Assembly: GCA_044450345.1 (NCBI GenBank)
Contig: JBIOIY010000057.1
Span: 1-19,384 of the forward strand
Reading direction: 5' to 3'
DNA: 19,384 bases
Source: Thermodesulfovibrionales bacterium
GTDB lineage: Bacteria > Nitrospirota > Thermodesulfovibrionia > Thermodesulfovibrionales > UBA6898
The translations under genes and the position numbers were made by a program. Under the pieces are notes generated by a model, which saw only the letters and a program-made list of their open reading frames with translations, was not told where the DNA came from and ran no database searches. The first letter of the stretch is position 1. Every line of letters begins with the position of its first letter. Positions 1 through 9,431 of the stretch are shown piece after piece.

Positions 1-2
1 AA

Positions 3-92
3 TTTAAACGCGTGAACGGCTACAAGGAAATCCCAAAACTCATTGCTGCCTTGCAGCGAAAATCCATTGACAGAAAGGAGGCCGCAGCTTAG
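3..92 (+). CDS. C-terminal fragment of an IS256-family-like transposase (truncated by window edge)
   Basis: Manual translation FKRVNGYKEIPKLIAALQRKSIDRKEAAA* resembles the F(R/K)R(V/I)xGY..(L/I)P.L tail of IS256/Mutator transposases; followed by an IR-like end. Confidence 0.7.
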   Translation, partial: FKRVNGYKEIPKLIAALQRKSIDRKEAAA

Positions 93-111
93 GATATGAA
101 CCGGGGTCCTT

Positions 112-141
112 TCTACTTCAACGAAAGGACGGGACAACTTC
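112..141 (+). mobile_element. Putative right terminal inverted repeat of the IS256-like element
   Basis: TCTACTTCAACGAAAGGACGGGACAACTTC about 20 nt after the transposase stop resembles TTCAAC....CGGGACA ends of this IS group; the left end is outside the window so pairing cannot be confirmed. Confidence 0.5.
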
Positions 142-343
142 ACATTAGGATCGACCCTGCGTCGAGCAGACTCGATTCAGGTATGCTTTCACGTCTCAAT
201 TCTTGCATATTTTTGGATGTACTCTTTTGGCGTTGTATCGCCTGATAACGGCGATGTTTCCGTCGATAATTCTCAGCAGTTTCAGCTTGCGGTAACAGAC
301 CGGAAGGAGACGTCTTCCAGGCCCTGTCGAGCGAAGTCCTTCG

Positions 344-1279
344 TCAGGGTTTCTTATTAGGAGTGAACTCGATCGAAATCTCCCGTTCCGTCGTGATCTT
401 GAGTCCCTTGATCCCCTTCAAGACCTCCATCGTCTTTCGGTCGTCTCCCATAGCCTTTTCCATCTTCTCGCTCAATCCCTTGAAGCCCTTCTCGTCGGAC
501 AGAAGCGGATCGAAGTCGATATCCATCAGCGTGACCTTCGATCCTTCGACATACGGGCTGTTTGTCTTGACTACTTTGCCCTCGACATTGATCGCTATGC
601 CCATATGGAGGCCTTTGAACATCTGCATCATCATTGACATATTCTGGGCCGGCTCCCCCGGAGAAGCCGCAGCCGGCGGAGTGGCTGGTTGTTCTTTTGC
701 CGCATCCGGTTTGGGAGGAGGCAATACCACCGTGAGAACGGCGTTGCCGGTTGGCATGCGGGTGAACCTAAACTTCAGCGCGTCCTCAGAGGAAGCTCCT
801 GCCCCTGTCGTCCCCATCGCAGCGGCGGGCTTGGGGTTAACGGCCAGTTGATTTATGTCCTTGAAGGCATAGGTCACGCGGACGCCGGCTGCCGTCTTCG
901 TGTCGATTTCCTCCGCAGACACGAACGTGACGCCAGGCCCCAGGTCTGCAGCCTTGTCCTTGAGATCACTCTCCTTGAAAGGGCCCTTCCCCGAGGCCTT
1001 CGATGGCTTATTTTTTGTATCCTCTTTCGATTCGGTCGTTGCCGCTCCCATCTGCTTCGCTATCCCTTCCATCGATTCTTTTATCTGCTCCGGGTTCATG
1101 GTTATCGTCTGCACCATCGTCCCGCTTCCGTCACCCTTTACGTTGATCTGGGTCAGGAAGGTGATGCAGCCGGGGAGAGATATTGACACAGCCGCGATCA
1201 GCAAAACAGCTCCGATCCTTTTCAAAAATGTCTGACGGCCTACTGGAAATTGCTTTATTAACATGTAGAAGAATATCAC
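344..1279 (-). CDS. Hypothetical lipoprotein
   Basis: 311-aa ORF; basic N-region, hydrophobic stretch and lipobox LPGC, then 'INVKGDGSG' beta-hairpin as in LppM/DUF3153-like lipoproteins; Pro/Ala-rich linker. True start may be ATG at 1264. Confidence 0.75.
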   Translation of the reverse strand: MIFFYMLIKQFPVGRQTFLKRIGAVLLIAAVSISLPGCITFLTQINVKGDGSGTMVQTITMNPEQIKESMEGIAKQMGAATTESKEDTKNKPSKASGKGPFKESDLKDKAADLGPGVTFVSAEEIDTKTAAGVRVTYAFKDINQLAVNPKPAAAMGTTGAGASSEDALKFRFTRMPTGNAVLTVVLPPPKPDAAKEQPATPPAAASPGEPAQNMSMMMQMFKGLHMGIAINVEGKVVKTNSPYVEGSKVTLMDIDFDPLLSDEKGFKGLSEKMEKAMGDDRKTMEVLKGIKGLKITTEREISIEFTPNKKP

Positions 1280-1304
1280 GGGCAGCGGAATTTCTCAATC
1301 ATTC

Positions 1305-2711
1305 TCAATGCCTCGCAAGCCCCGTCTTTTTTGCTACTTCGGCGACTGCGTGCGCAACGGCAGACACCACGCTTTTATCGAAGATGCTCGGGATGATGTA
1401 ATCCTCATGCAGTTCGTCATTCTTGACTGTATACGCGATAGCTTTTGCAGCGGCAAACTTTACCTCCTCGTTCACCCCCGTTGCCCGGACATCGAGAAGC
1501 CCCCTGAATATTCCGGGAAATCCGAGCATATTGTTGATCTGGTTAGGGTAGTCGGACCTGCCAGTTGCCAAGACCCTGACGAGGGGCAATGCGTCTTCAG
1601 GGGAGATCTCGGGTTCGGGGTTTGCAAGGGCAAAGACAACCCTGTCCTTCGCCATCTTCCTCACATCGTCAGGCGTGACGATATTGGGAGCGGAGAGACC
1701 GATGAAGACATCCGCCCCTGTGACAGCCTCCGAGATGCAGCCCCGTATCTTTTTGAGGTTCGTTTGCTTCGCCAGGGCCTTCTTGTATGTAGTCATATTA
1801 TTTTTTCTTCCTGTGTATATAGCGCCCGACCTGTCACATACGACGATATCTTTTACCCCGTAGGAGGTGAGCATAAAGGCATTTGCCGCCCCGGCCGCCC
1901 CGGCCCCGGAGATGACCACCCGGAGTTTTGAGATGTCCTTTTTCAGCAGTCTTCCGACGTTGATGAGCGCGGCGAGGACGACCACCGCAGTGCCGTGCTG
2001 GTCGTCGTGGAAAACAGGGATATCGAGCATTTTTCTCAATCTGTTTTCGACCTCGAAGCATCGCGGCGCAGAGATGTCTTCAAGGTTAATCCCGCCGAAA
2101 GAAGGAGAGATGTTCCTGACGGTAGCGATGATCTCCTCCGGTTCCTTTGTGGCCAGCACTATGGGAAAGGCGTCGATACCCGCGAATTCCTTGAAGATCA
2201 TCGACTTGCCTTCCATGACCGGCATAGCCGCTTCGGGCCCGATGTCCCCAAGCCCGAGCACGGCCGACCCGTCGGTCACTATCGCGACTGAATTGCCCTT
2301 TATGGTGTAGCGGTACGCATGTTCTTTGTTATCATGGATGTCCATGCAGACCCTTGCCACACCGGGGGTGTATACCATCGAGAGGTCATTTCTGCTCCGT
2401 ATTGCCAGCTTGCTGTGTATCTCGATCTTGCCGCCATGATGGGCGGAAAAAGTCTTGTCCATCACCCTCAGGACCTTGATGCCTGATATCTTTTTGATAG
2501 ACTTAACGATCGACTTCTCGTGCTCTTCATTCCGTGCGTTGACCGTTATGTCCCTTACGACCTTCCCCTTTTCGACCCGGACTATGTCGACAGACCCGAG
2601 GTCCCCTCCGGCCTGACTGATTGCTGTTGCTATCTGCGCAAACATCCCGATGCGGTTTTCAATCTCGGCCCTGATTGTGATGCTGTAACTCGGACTTGGA
2701 ACCTGTGCCAT
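1305..2711 (-). CDS. NAD(P)-dependent malic enzyme with N-terminal ACT domain
   Basis: Motifs VYTPGVA, TDGSAVLGLGDIG, INLEDISAP, FHDDQHGTA, GAGAAG, ATGRSDYPNQINN; ~80-aa ACT-like N-terminus; GGAGG RBS upstream. Confidence 0.95.
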   Translation of the reverse strand: MAQVPSPSYSITIRAEIENRIGMFAQIATAISQAGGDLGSVDIVRVEKGKVVRDITVNARNEEHEKSIVKSIKKISGIKVLRVMDKTFSAHHGGKIEIHSKLAIRSRNDLSMVYTPGVARVCMDIHDNKEHAYRYTIKGNSVAIVTDGSAVLGLGDIGPEAAMPVMEGKSMIFKEFAGIDAFPIVLATKEPEEIIATVRNISPSFGGINLEDISAPRCFEVENRLRKMLDIPVFHDDQHGTAVVVLAALINVGRLLKKDISKLRVVISGAGAAGAANAFMLTSYGVKDIVVCDRSGAIYTGRKNNMTTYKKALAKQTNLKKIRGCISEAVTGADVFIGLSAPNIVTPDDVRKMAKDRVVFALANPEPEISPEDALPLVRVLATGRSDYPNQINNMLGFPGIFRGLLDVRATGVNEEVKFAAAKAIAYTVKNDELHEDYIIPSIFDKSVVSAVAHAVAEVAKKTGLARH

Positions 2712-2881
2712 GGTGGTATCTCTCCTCCCGACTGTGATAGCCCTATTATCTCACAGCAGGCGTTACAATTCATCGCCCCCTTTAAAAAAATTTGGTTCCT
2801 CGATCAAGACGGGGGAATGAGCTATGAATAAATCTTGATTTACGGGCAGACGCTAAATGGACATTATCTTCTGTTAATCGA

Positions 2882-2909
2882 TTGCAGAATCGGACTCTTC
2901 CTGTATAAT
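2882..2909 (+). promoter_or_regulatory. Putative sigma70 promoter of fumC
   Basis: TTGCAG (2882-2887), 16-nt spacer, TATAAT (2904-2909), 80 nt upstream of the fumC start. Confidence 0.6.
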
Positions 2910-2988
2910 GGATTTATGACTCATGATTTGGGCCCCGTCATCTTGGCCCCCGGTCTTGCCGGCCGCGGGCAGCAGGAGAGAAATCGCA

Positions 2989-4389
2989 ATGGCTGATTTC
3001 CGCATAGAAAGAGACTCTCTCGGCGAGGTGAGGGTCCCGGCGGGTGCGATGTACGGGCCGCAGACCCAGCGCGCGGTCGAGAACTTTCCGGTGAGCGGGA
3101 TACGTTTCCCCCGCGTTTTTATCCGCGTATTAGGGCTCATCAAGGGCTGCGCCGCCGACGTGAATTCAGAACTCGGCCTTCTTGAAAGCCGCAGGGCCTG
3201 CGCCATCCGGCAGGCTGCGGACGAAGTTGCCGCGGGCAGATGGGACGAGCATTTCCTCGTTGACATCTTTCAGACCGGATCGGGCACCTCGTCGAACATG
3301 AACGCAAACGAGGTGATCGCAAACCGCGCATCCCTGCTCATGGGGAAGGAGATCGGCTCAGGGGCGGTCCATCCGAATGACCACGTGAATCTCGGCCAGT
3401 CGTCAAATGATGTGATCCCGACGGCGGTCCATATCAGCGCATATCTGGAGACAGTCGAGAACCTGCTCCCGGCGCTTGCCGGTCTTGCGGCCGCACTGAA
3501 GGGGCGGGCCGAAGAGTTGTCGCGTGTGGTCAAAACCGGACGCACGCATTTAATGGATGCGATGCCCCTCACCCTTGGCCAGGAGATAGGCGGCTGGGTC
3601 TATCAGATCAGGCAGAGTGAAGAAAGGGTTCGTTCAGCCCTTGAGGGCATGGGGAAGCTTGCGATCGGCGGGACAGCGGTAGGAACAGGGGTGAACGCTC
3701 ACCCCGAATTCGGCAAGAGAATGGCGGCCAAACTTGCTGAGCGCACCGGCTTGTCCTTTGTAGAAACGGATAACCATTTTGCTGCGCAGGCTGCAATGGA
3801 TACGGTGGCGGAATTCAGCGGGCGTCTCAAGACCTCGGCTTCGTCATTGCTTAAGATCGGAAACGACCTGCGGCTGATGAACAGCGGCCCCCATGCCGGG
3901 TTTTCCGAGATCATTCTGCCACCCCTGCAGCCGGGATCGAGCATTATGCCCGGCAAGATCAACCCGGTGGTCCCTGAGGCGGTGATCATGGCCTGCGTCC
4001 AGGTGATCGCAAACGACAGTGCGGTGACGATCTCCAACAGCCGGGGCGAATTCGAGCTGAACGTCATGCTACCCCTTATTGCCTATAATATTCTTCAGTC
4101 TATTACCCTTCTGGGTAACGCCGCCAGGCTGCTCGCTGACAAGGCTGTCTCGGGCTTTTCGGTCAACAGGGAGAAGATATCGGAGGCCCTCGGTCATAAC
4201 CCGATCCTCGTGACCGCGCTTGTCCCGGTCATCGGCTATGATAAGGCGGCAGAGATCGCAAAGAAGGCGTATGCGGAACGCAGGCCGATAAAAGACGTTG
4301 CTGCAGAAATGACAGGTCTCCCGGCAGATGAACTTGAGAGGCTTCTCGATTCCGGGTCGATGACAGGGCAGAAAGATACACAAGGCTAG
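2989..4389 (+). CDS. fumC: Class II fumarate hydratase
   Basis: Motifs FQTGSGTSSNMN, HPNDHVN.GQSSND, KTGRTHLMDA, GSSIMPGKINP. Start reassigned to ATG 2989 (MADFRIERDSLG) with AGGAG RBS. Confidence 0.93.
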   Translation: MADFRIERDSLGEVRVPAGAMYGPQTQRAVENFPVSGIRFPRVFIRVLGLIKGCAADVNSELGLLESRRACAIRQAADEVAAGRWDEHFLVDIFQTGSGTSSNMNANEVIANRASLLMGKEIGSGAVHPNDHVNLGQSSNDVIPTAVHISAYLETVENLLPALAGLAAALKGRAEELSRVVKTGRTHLMDAMPLTLGQEIGGWVYQIRQSEERVRSALEGMGKLAIGGTAVGTGVNAHPEFGKRMAAKLAERTGLSFVETDNHFAAQAAMDTVAEFSGRLKTSASSLLKIGNDLRLMNSGPHAGFSEIILPPLQPGSSIMPGKINPVVPEAVIMACVQVIANDSAVTISNSRGEFELNVMLPLIAYNILQSITLLGNAARLLADKAVSGFSVNREKISEALGHNPILVTALVPVIGYDKAAEIAKKAYAERRPIKDVAAEMTGLPADELERLLDSGSMTGQKDTQG

Positions 4390-4395
4390 GCCCCG

Positions 4396-5868
4396 TCACT
4401 CAGTCAACGAAGTCCCCCACCCACCTCCTAAGGCCTTGATCAGGCGTACGCTTGCAGCGAACCTTTGACCCTCAAGCTGGACCTGCTGGCGTTCCTGGCG
4501 GAGCATGTTCCTCTTGGCATCAACCACTTCGAGATAACTGACGGTGCCTGCCTCGTAGCGGGCTTCGGCCAATTCGGTCACCCGCATTGCCGAAACAACG
4601 GCTTGGGCGAGTGCCGATGCCTGTTGACCTCGCAGGACTATTTGCGCCAGCGAATCCTCGACGTCTTTAAATGCCTTGAGCACGGTCTGGCGATAGTCGG
4701 CAAGGGCTTCCCGGTAATGCGCCTCCGCTTGCCCGACCTCTGCGCCGGTTCGGCCCCCATTGAATAAAGGCAGCCTGATGCTTGGCCCGACTGCCCAGAT
4801 AAAACTGTCTCCCGAGAACAAATCTCCGGCCCTGGCGCTCAGATATCCGGCGTCTCCTGTCAATCGAAGGTCCGGAAAGTAACCTGCTGTCGCAACGCCG
4901 ATCTGTGCATTGCTGGACGCCAAAGTCCTTTCCGCCCGGGCTATGTCGGGTCGCCTTTCGAGAAGTGATGAAGGCAAGCCGGGCGGGACAGCGGGCGGCA
5001 AAGCAGTCATAGGGCGTTCAGCGAGGTCAAAAGAACTGGCGGTTTTGCCGCAAAGGAGTGCCAGTGCATTGAGAGTTTCGGCACGCTGCCGCGTCGCATC
5101 TGCTAAATCCGCTTCGGCGCTTGCGAAGTCGTTTTTAGCCTGGTCGAGATCAATTTCCGAGATTGTACCGGTTAGAAAACGGTCACTCAGGATGCGGACA
5201 GATTCCTTCCGAAGTTCGATTGTTTGCCGCAAAATTGCGATTTCAGAATCCAGAGAGCGGGCCAAGAAATAATTCACGGCAACATCGCCCGTAAGCGTGA
5301 GTAGCACATTCTGATAATCCGAGATACTTGCCTGGGCCTCGGCCTGAGCAGCCTCGAAAGAGCGGCGAACCCGGCCCCAAAGGTCGACTTCGTAACTTAA
5401 ATCCAGAGGGGTGCTGTACGTGTTCAGATGCACTGAAGGCAGCGGGAATGGGATAGGGGTCGGAAGGTTTGCAGAGGTGCGCTCCCGCCTGAAAGAAGGG
5501 TCGAGCGAGACTTCCGGAAAAAACCTGCTGCGGCTGAGCCTCGCCGCGGAACGGGCCTGGTCGACGCGGGCTACGGCCGCGCGGAGGGTCTGGTTATCGG
5601 CAACGGCATTAGTTTCCAAATGATCGAGAACAGGGTCGCTAAAGACTGTCCACCACTCTCCTTTAGGAACCGCATCCATCGGCTCCGCGATCTTCCAGTG
5701 CCAGTCGGGCGGCATAAGATCCGTAGTATCCGGCTTTTTGTAATTCGGGCCCACTGTACAGGAACAGAGCAAAAAAAACAAAATCAGAACTGAGAAGTAA
5801 GCAATGAAAACTGAAAACCGCGAGAGCTTCACCTTTAAATTCTTGTTCTTCGTTTCTTTTATTTTCAT
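4396..5868 (-). CDS. Efflux outer membrane factor lipoprotein (NodT/OprM/TolC family)
   Basis: Lipobox LCSC then TVGPNY, WW..F.DP.L, SYEVDLWGR, PSSLLERRPDI, C-terminal LIKALGGGW. Confidence 0.93.
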   Translation of the reverse strand: MKIKETKNKNLKVKLSRFSVFIAYFSVLILFFLLCSCTVGPNYKKPDTTDLMPPDWHWKIAEPMDAVPKGEWWTVFSDPVLDHLETNAVADNQTLRAAVARVDQARSAARLSRSRFFPEVSLDPSFRRERTSANLPTPIPFPLPSVHLNTYSTPLDLSYEVDLWGRVRRSFEAAQAEAQASISDYQNVLLTLTGDVAVNYFLARSLDSEIAILRQTIELRKESVRILSDRFLTGTISEIDLDQAKNDFASAEADLADATRQRAETLNALALLCGKTASSFDLAERPMTALPPAVPPGLPSSLLERRPDIARAERTLASSNAQIGVATAGYFPDLRLTGDAGYLSARAGDLFSGDSFIWAVGPSIRLPLFNGGRTGAEVGQAEAHYREALADYRQTVLKAFKDVEDSLAQIVLRGQQASALAQAVVSAMRVTELAEARYEAGTVSYLEVVDAKRNMLRQERQQVQLEGQRFAASVRLIKALGGGWGTSLTE

Positions 5869-5871
5869 GAT

Positions 5872-7019
5872 TTAGTCCAAAGTCTTCCGGTAGCGCTTTA
5901 CGCCGATCGTGAGTGCGATTACAGCAAAGAGTGCTATTTGCCAAAGCTGGTGGGAGACCTCTTCCAGGCCGTTGCCCTTAAGCACGATCCCGCGGACTAT
6001 TCGGAGAAAATGGGTGATCGGCAATAGTTCTCCGATCGTCTGCGCCCAGCGCGGCATACCGCGGAAGGGGAACATGAACCCGGAAAGCAGTATTGACGGC
6101 AAAAAGAAAAAAAACGCCATCTGCATGGCCTGGCGCTGGTTCTCGGCTATGGTGGAAAAGGTGATCCCCATCGCCAGGTTTGCCGTGATGAATACCAGGG
6201 CGACCACGAGTAGCAGGACGAGACTGCCGACCATCGGCACGTGAAAAAGAAAACGCGCCGCGGCAAGTATCAGGCCTACCTGGATGTATCCGACGAGGAT
6301 ATAAGGGATTATTTTGCCGATCAGCACCTCAAACGGGCGCGTAGGCATGGAGAGGAGGTTCTCCATCGTGCCGCTCTCCCTTTCCCGCGTTATCGCCAGG
6401 GCCGTAATCACAATCATTGTCATCGTAAGTACGACGCCCAAAAGGCCCGGCACGATATTGTATTGCGTGATGGCTTCAGGGTTGTAAAGCGCATGGACAC
6501 GGAGGTCGATCGGCCCGCTCGCCGTCGCGAGATATGTAAGAGGCCCCTTGAGGTCGTTTTGCAAGGCCGTATTCAGCAAAATATTCAAGGACCCGAGCGC
6601 ATTGCCGGTGGTGCCGGGATCGGTCGCATCCGCCTCGACGAGAATGGAGGGCCTGTCGCCCCTGACGAGATCTCGGCTGAAATTCTCCGGGATGTTTATG
6701 ACGAACTGGACTTCGCCGCGCGAGAGCGCATCACGGCCTTCCCGCTCTGTCTTTATCTCGCGGACGAAATCGAAGTAGCTGCTGTTTCGGACCGCATAGA
6801 GCAAACTGCGGCCCTGCGGCCCTGCGGCCCGTTATCTGCAAGGAGCAGGGCGGCGGGCAGGTGCTTCGGGTCCGAATTGATTGCAAAACCGAAGAGGATC
6901 AACTGAAGGAGCGGGATCCCCACCATCATCCCGAATGTCAAACGGTCCCGGCGCATCTGGATGAACTCCTTCACGACCATTGCCCTGAACCGCGCCGGAG
7001 AAAACTCCCATCTTTTCAT
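5872..7019 (-). pseudogene. ABC-2 type transporter permease (YbhS/YbhR-like), frameshifted at 6806-6829
   Basis: N-terminal part from ATG 7019 (MKRWEFS...KEFIQMRRDRLT...FGFAINSDPKHLPA) and C-terminal part (RERESGTMENLL, LSGFMFP) are in different frames; removing one CTGCGGCC copy joins them. ATGA overlap with the ATPase stop. Confidence 0.88.
6806..6829. repeat. Perfect tandem repeat (CTGCGGCC)x3
   Basis: Direct reading: ctgcggcc ctgcggcc ctgcggcc. Confidence 0.95.
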
Positions 7020-7948
7020 GACGACACCGGACTTTTGGATCTGTCCATAAGATGTATGAAAACATCCTCGAGGCCGGAAGCGATCCGCTGCCATTCATAC
7101 TGATTAGTCCGAAAGGGGGCTATCGCCTCTTCGAGCGCCGCTTCATCGTCTCCGCTTACGTGCACCGTGTTTCCGAAGAGTACGGCCTGCTCCACGCCGG
7201 GCCTTCCGCGGAGTTGCCCTGCGATATTCAGAAGGTCAGGACCGCTGACCGACCAAGTCGAAAGGTGGGCCTGTTCGATCACCTCGGCGGTCGTGCCCTG
7301 GGTCAGCAGCGCGCCTTCGGCGATAAAGGCCAGCCGGTGACAACGCTCGGCTTCGTCCATATAGTGCGTGGCGATCAGGAACGTCAGTCCCTGCCCGGAA
7401 AGTTCATGGATTTCTTCCCAGAATTCGCGCCTCGCCTTCGGGTCCACGCCCGCCGTAGGCTCATCGAGCAGGAGCAGCTTCGGATCATGTATCATGCATG
7501 CGGCGAGGGCGAGGCGCTGTTTCCAGCCGCCTGAAAGCTCGCCCGCAAGCTGCTCTTTCCGTTGCGCGAGCCCGAGCCGCTCGATGCTTCCTCTCACCGC
7601 TTCACTGCGGTCCTTCAGCGAATACATTCGGGCCACGAAATCGAGGTTCTCTGAAATGCTCAGGTCCTCCCAGAAGCTGAAGCGTTGGGTCATGTATCCG
7701 ACCTGTCGTTTGATGGCCTCGCTTTCCTTGATCACATTGTAGCCGAGGCAGGTCCCGCTGCCCCCGTCCGGGCGGAGAAGACCGCAGAGCATGCGGATAA
7801 AGGTTGTCTTGCCGCTGCCGTTCGGACCGAGAAAGCCGCAGATCTCGCCGGTTCGGACCTGCAGATCCACATGGTCCACGGCCGTGCGGCCGCCGAAACG
7901 TTTTGTCATTCCCTGCACATCAATCGCGAGGTCTCCTGCCATAATCAA
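7016..7948 (-). CDS. ABC transporter ATP-binding protein (multidrug/ABC-2 type)
   Basis: Walker A GPNGSGKT, signature LSGGWKQR, Walker B LLLLDEP, H-loop THY. Start may be ATG 7942. Confidence 0.95.
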   Translation of the reverse strand: MIMAGDLAIDVQGMTKRFGGRTAVDHVDLQVRTGEICGFLGPNGSGKTTFIRMLCGLLRPDGGSGTCLGYNVIKESEAIKRQVGYMTQRFSFWEDLSISENLDFVARMYSLKDRSEAVRGSIERLGLAQRKEQLAGELSGGWKQRLALAACMIHDPKLLLLDEPTAGVDPKARREFWEEIHELSGQGLTFLIATHYMDEAERCHRLAFIAEGALLTQGTTAEVIEQAHLSTWSVSGPDLLNIAGQLRGRPGVEQAVLFGNTVHVSGDDEAALEEAIAPFRTNQYEWQRIASGLEDVFIHLMDRSKSPVSS

Positions 7949-8928
7949 AACCCGAACTGCACATCCACCGGCTGGCCCGGGTGAAGGGTCGCCGCCGCTT
8001 TACTATCGAAGATCGCCTCGATCATAAAAACAAGTTTGTCGCGAGTTTCCCTGCTGTAAATAACAGGAGGGGTAAATTCCGCCCTTGGTGAAATGAAGCC
8101 CACTTTCCCGGTAAGCGGCTTGCCCATGCCGTCCGCGAAGACCTGCACATTGTCTCCCGGATGGATTTTCCCGATCCAACTTTCCGGTACGAATGCCCGT
8201 ACTTTGATATTCTCAGGCGGCAACAAGGCAACCACCGGCCGGTCCGCCGGAACCCATTCCCCCTCGCGGTAAAAAGTGTCGAAGACCAGGCCGGACTGAG
8301 GTGAACTTCGGCGCTTCTGCAAAAGGTTCCATTCCGCCCTCGACAGCGCCGCCTGCATAACCTGCATATTCGCCTCTGCCGCGGCGATCTGATCGGTCCG
8401 GGCGCCGAGACGGGCCGTCTTCAGGTCGGCTTCCACCTGTGAAACCCGCTGCCGGTTCTGGTCATGCTCGGAACGGGCGCGATCAACATCCTGCGCTGCC
8501 GTTGCCTTCCGGGGAAGCAGTTTTTCCTGCCGTGCAAGTTCTTTTTCCGAAAATGTCAGCGCATCCTGCGCTTGCCTGAGCTGCGCCCCGATTGATTCGA
8601 CTTCCGTCGGACGTTTGCCTTTCTTCATGTCTTCCAAATTTGCGCGGGCTTGATCCAAACGCCGCTGTGCTTCATCCCTTGTGTCTCTTTCAGGGGACCT
8701 GTCGAGCTCAAAAACGATGTCGTCCGTCTTCACCTGCATCCCCCGCTGCACACGCAGTGACTTCAGCTCGCCCGGAACCGGCGACGCCAGATAGACGAAC
8801 TCTCCTTCGACATAGCCCTGCACCCGATTGGGGGCCGGGCGGTTGCAACCCGACAAACTACTGTAAATCGCCAGCGCGGCACAAATACTAAAGAGCAATC
8901 TCCGATGCCTTGTCACAAAGCACGTCAT
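7945..8928 (-). CDS. HlyD-family periplasmic adaptor (YbhG-like)
   Basis: Lipobox LSGC, QGYVEGE, lipoyl-like halves flanking a coiled coil, ISPRAEFTPP motif, C-terminal LHPGQPVDV. Confidence 0.92.
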   Translation of the reverse strand: MTCFVTRHRRLLFSICAALAIYSSLSGCNRPAPNRVQGYVEGEFVYLASPVPGELKSLRVQRGMQVKTDDIVFELDRSPERDTRDEAQRRLDQARANLEDMKKGKRPTEVESIGAQLRQAQDALTFSEKELARQEKLLPRKATAAQDVDRARSEHDQNRQRVSQVEADLKTARLGARTDQIAAAEANMQVMQAALSRAEWNLLQKRRSSPQSGLVFDTFYREGEWVPADRPVVALLPPENIKVRAFVPESWIGKIHPGDNVQVFADGMGKPLTGKVGFISPRAEFTPPVIYSRETRDKLVFMIEAIFDSKAAATLHPGQPVDVQFGF

Positions 8929-8989
8929 AGAGTCACCCTCTTTTCCCTCACTTTGTGATGATCCGTAGATGTAATGGCGGCCATACCAA

Positions 8990-9017
8990 GGAAACTATAA
9001 CAGTCTTATAAGTTTCC
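8990..9017. promoter_or_regulatory. Imperfect palindrome, candidate operator of the efflux operon
   Basis: GGAAACTATAA-CAGTC-TTATAAGTTTCC (one-base bulge), about 60 nt upstream of the adaptor start. Confidence 0.45.
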
Positions 9018-9149
9018 ATCAAGCAGATTTTGCGCACGGCACAACTAAAGGGTCGCGTCTGCATTCTATAACTCTGCTGTGAAGTCGGTGCCGGCCCGAT
9101 GTAAGATAGAGAATGCATACCGTACGTATTATTCCTTCGACGCGCGGGG

Positions 9150-9158
9150 TGTTATAAT
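9150..9158 (+). promoter_or_regulatory. Extended -10 promoter candidate upstream of uup
   Basis: TG-T-TATAAT exact consensus; no good -35. Confidence 0.45.
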
Positions 9159-9225
9159 ACGGAAGGAGTTCTGCAGTCCGGCATTACTTATTAACGGTCT
9201 CAAAATAATGTGGACATTAATTTAT

Positions 9226-9302
9226 AAAATCCCTCCTTGTCCTCCCTTTTCCAAAGGGAGAAAGTATACCCCTCTATACCAGAGAGGGGATGGGGAGATT
9301 TT
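9226..9302. repeat. REP-like double-hairpin intergenic element
   Basis: Two inner hairpins (CTCCCTTT..AAAGGGAG 9242-9260; CCCCTCT..AGAGGGG 9269-9289) enclosed by AAAATC...GATTTT arms. Confidence 0.6.
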
Positions 9303-9431
9303 TCGGATAGAGTTTTTTCTATTATGAAACGATTAATAAGAAAGAGGAGCATGTTGGCGGCAGACATTAAACATGCCGGCATGATATGCGAGCGGCGGAG
9401 ACTTTTTGATCTTGTTTCTTCGAGGTGAGAC

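Noticed and set aside
2923..2988. Upstream start of fumC
   Set aside because: The RBS and the family N-terminus (FRIERDSLG) point to ATG 2989.
9125..9167. CGTATTAT/TCCTTC ... ATAATACG/GAAGGA interleaved complementarity suggesting a pseudoknot or riboswitch
   Set aside because: Loop geometry does not fit an H-type pseudoknot and it overlaps a promoter consensus; no recognisable riboswitch motif.
9079..9428. Short ORFs in the adaptor-uup intergenic region
   Set aside because: Translations of the REP-like repeat and AT-rich DNA; no motifs.
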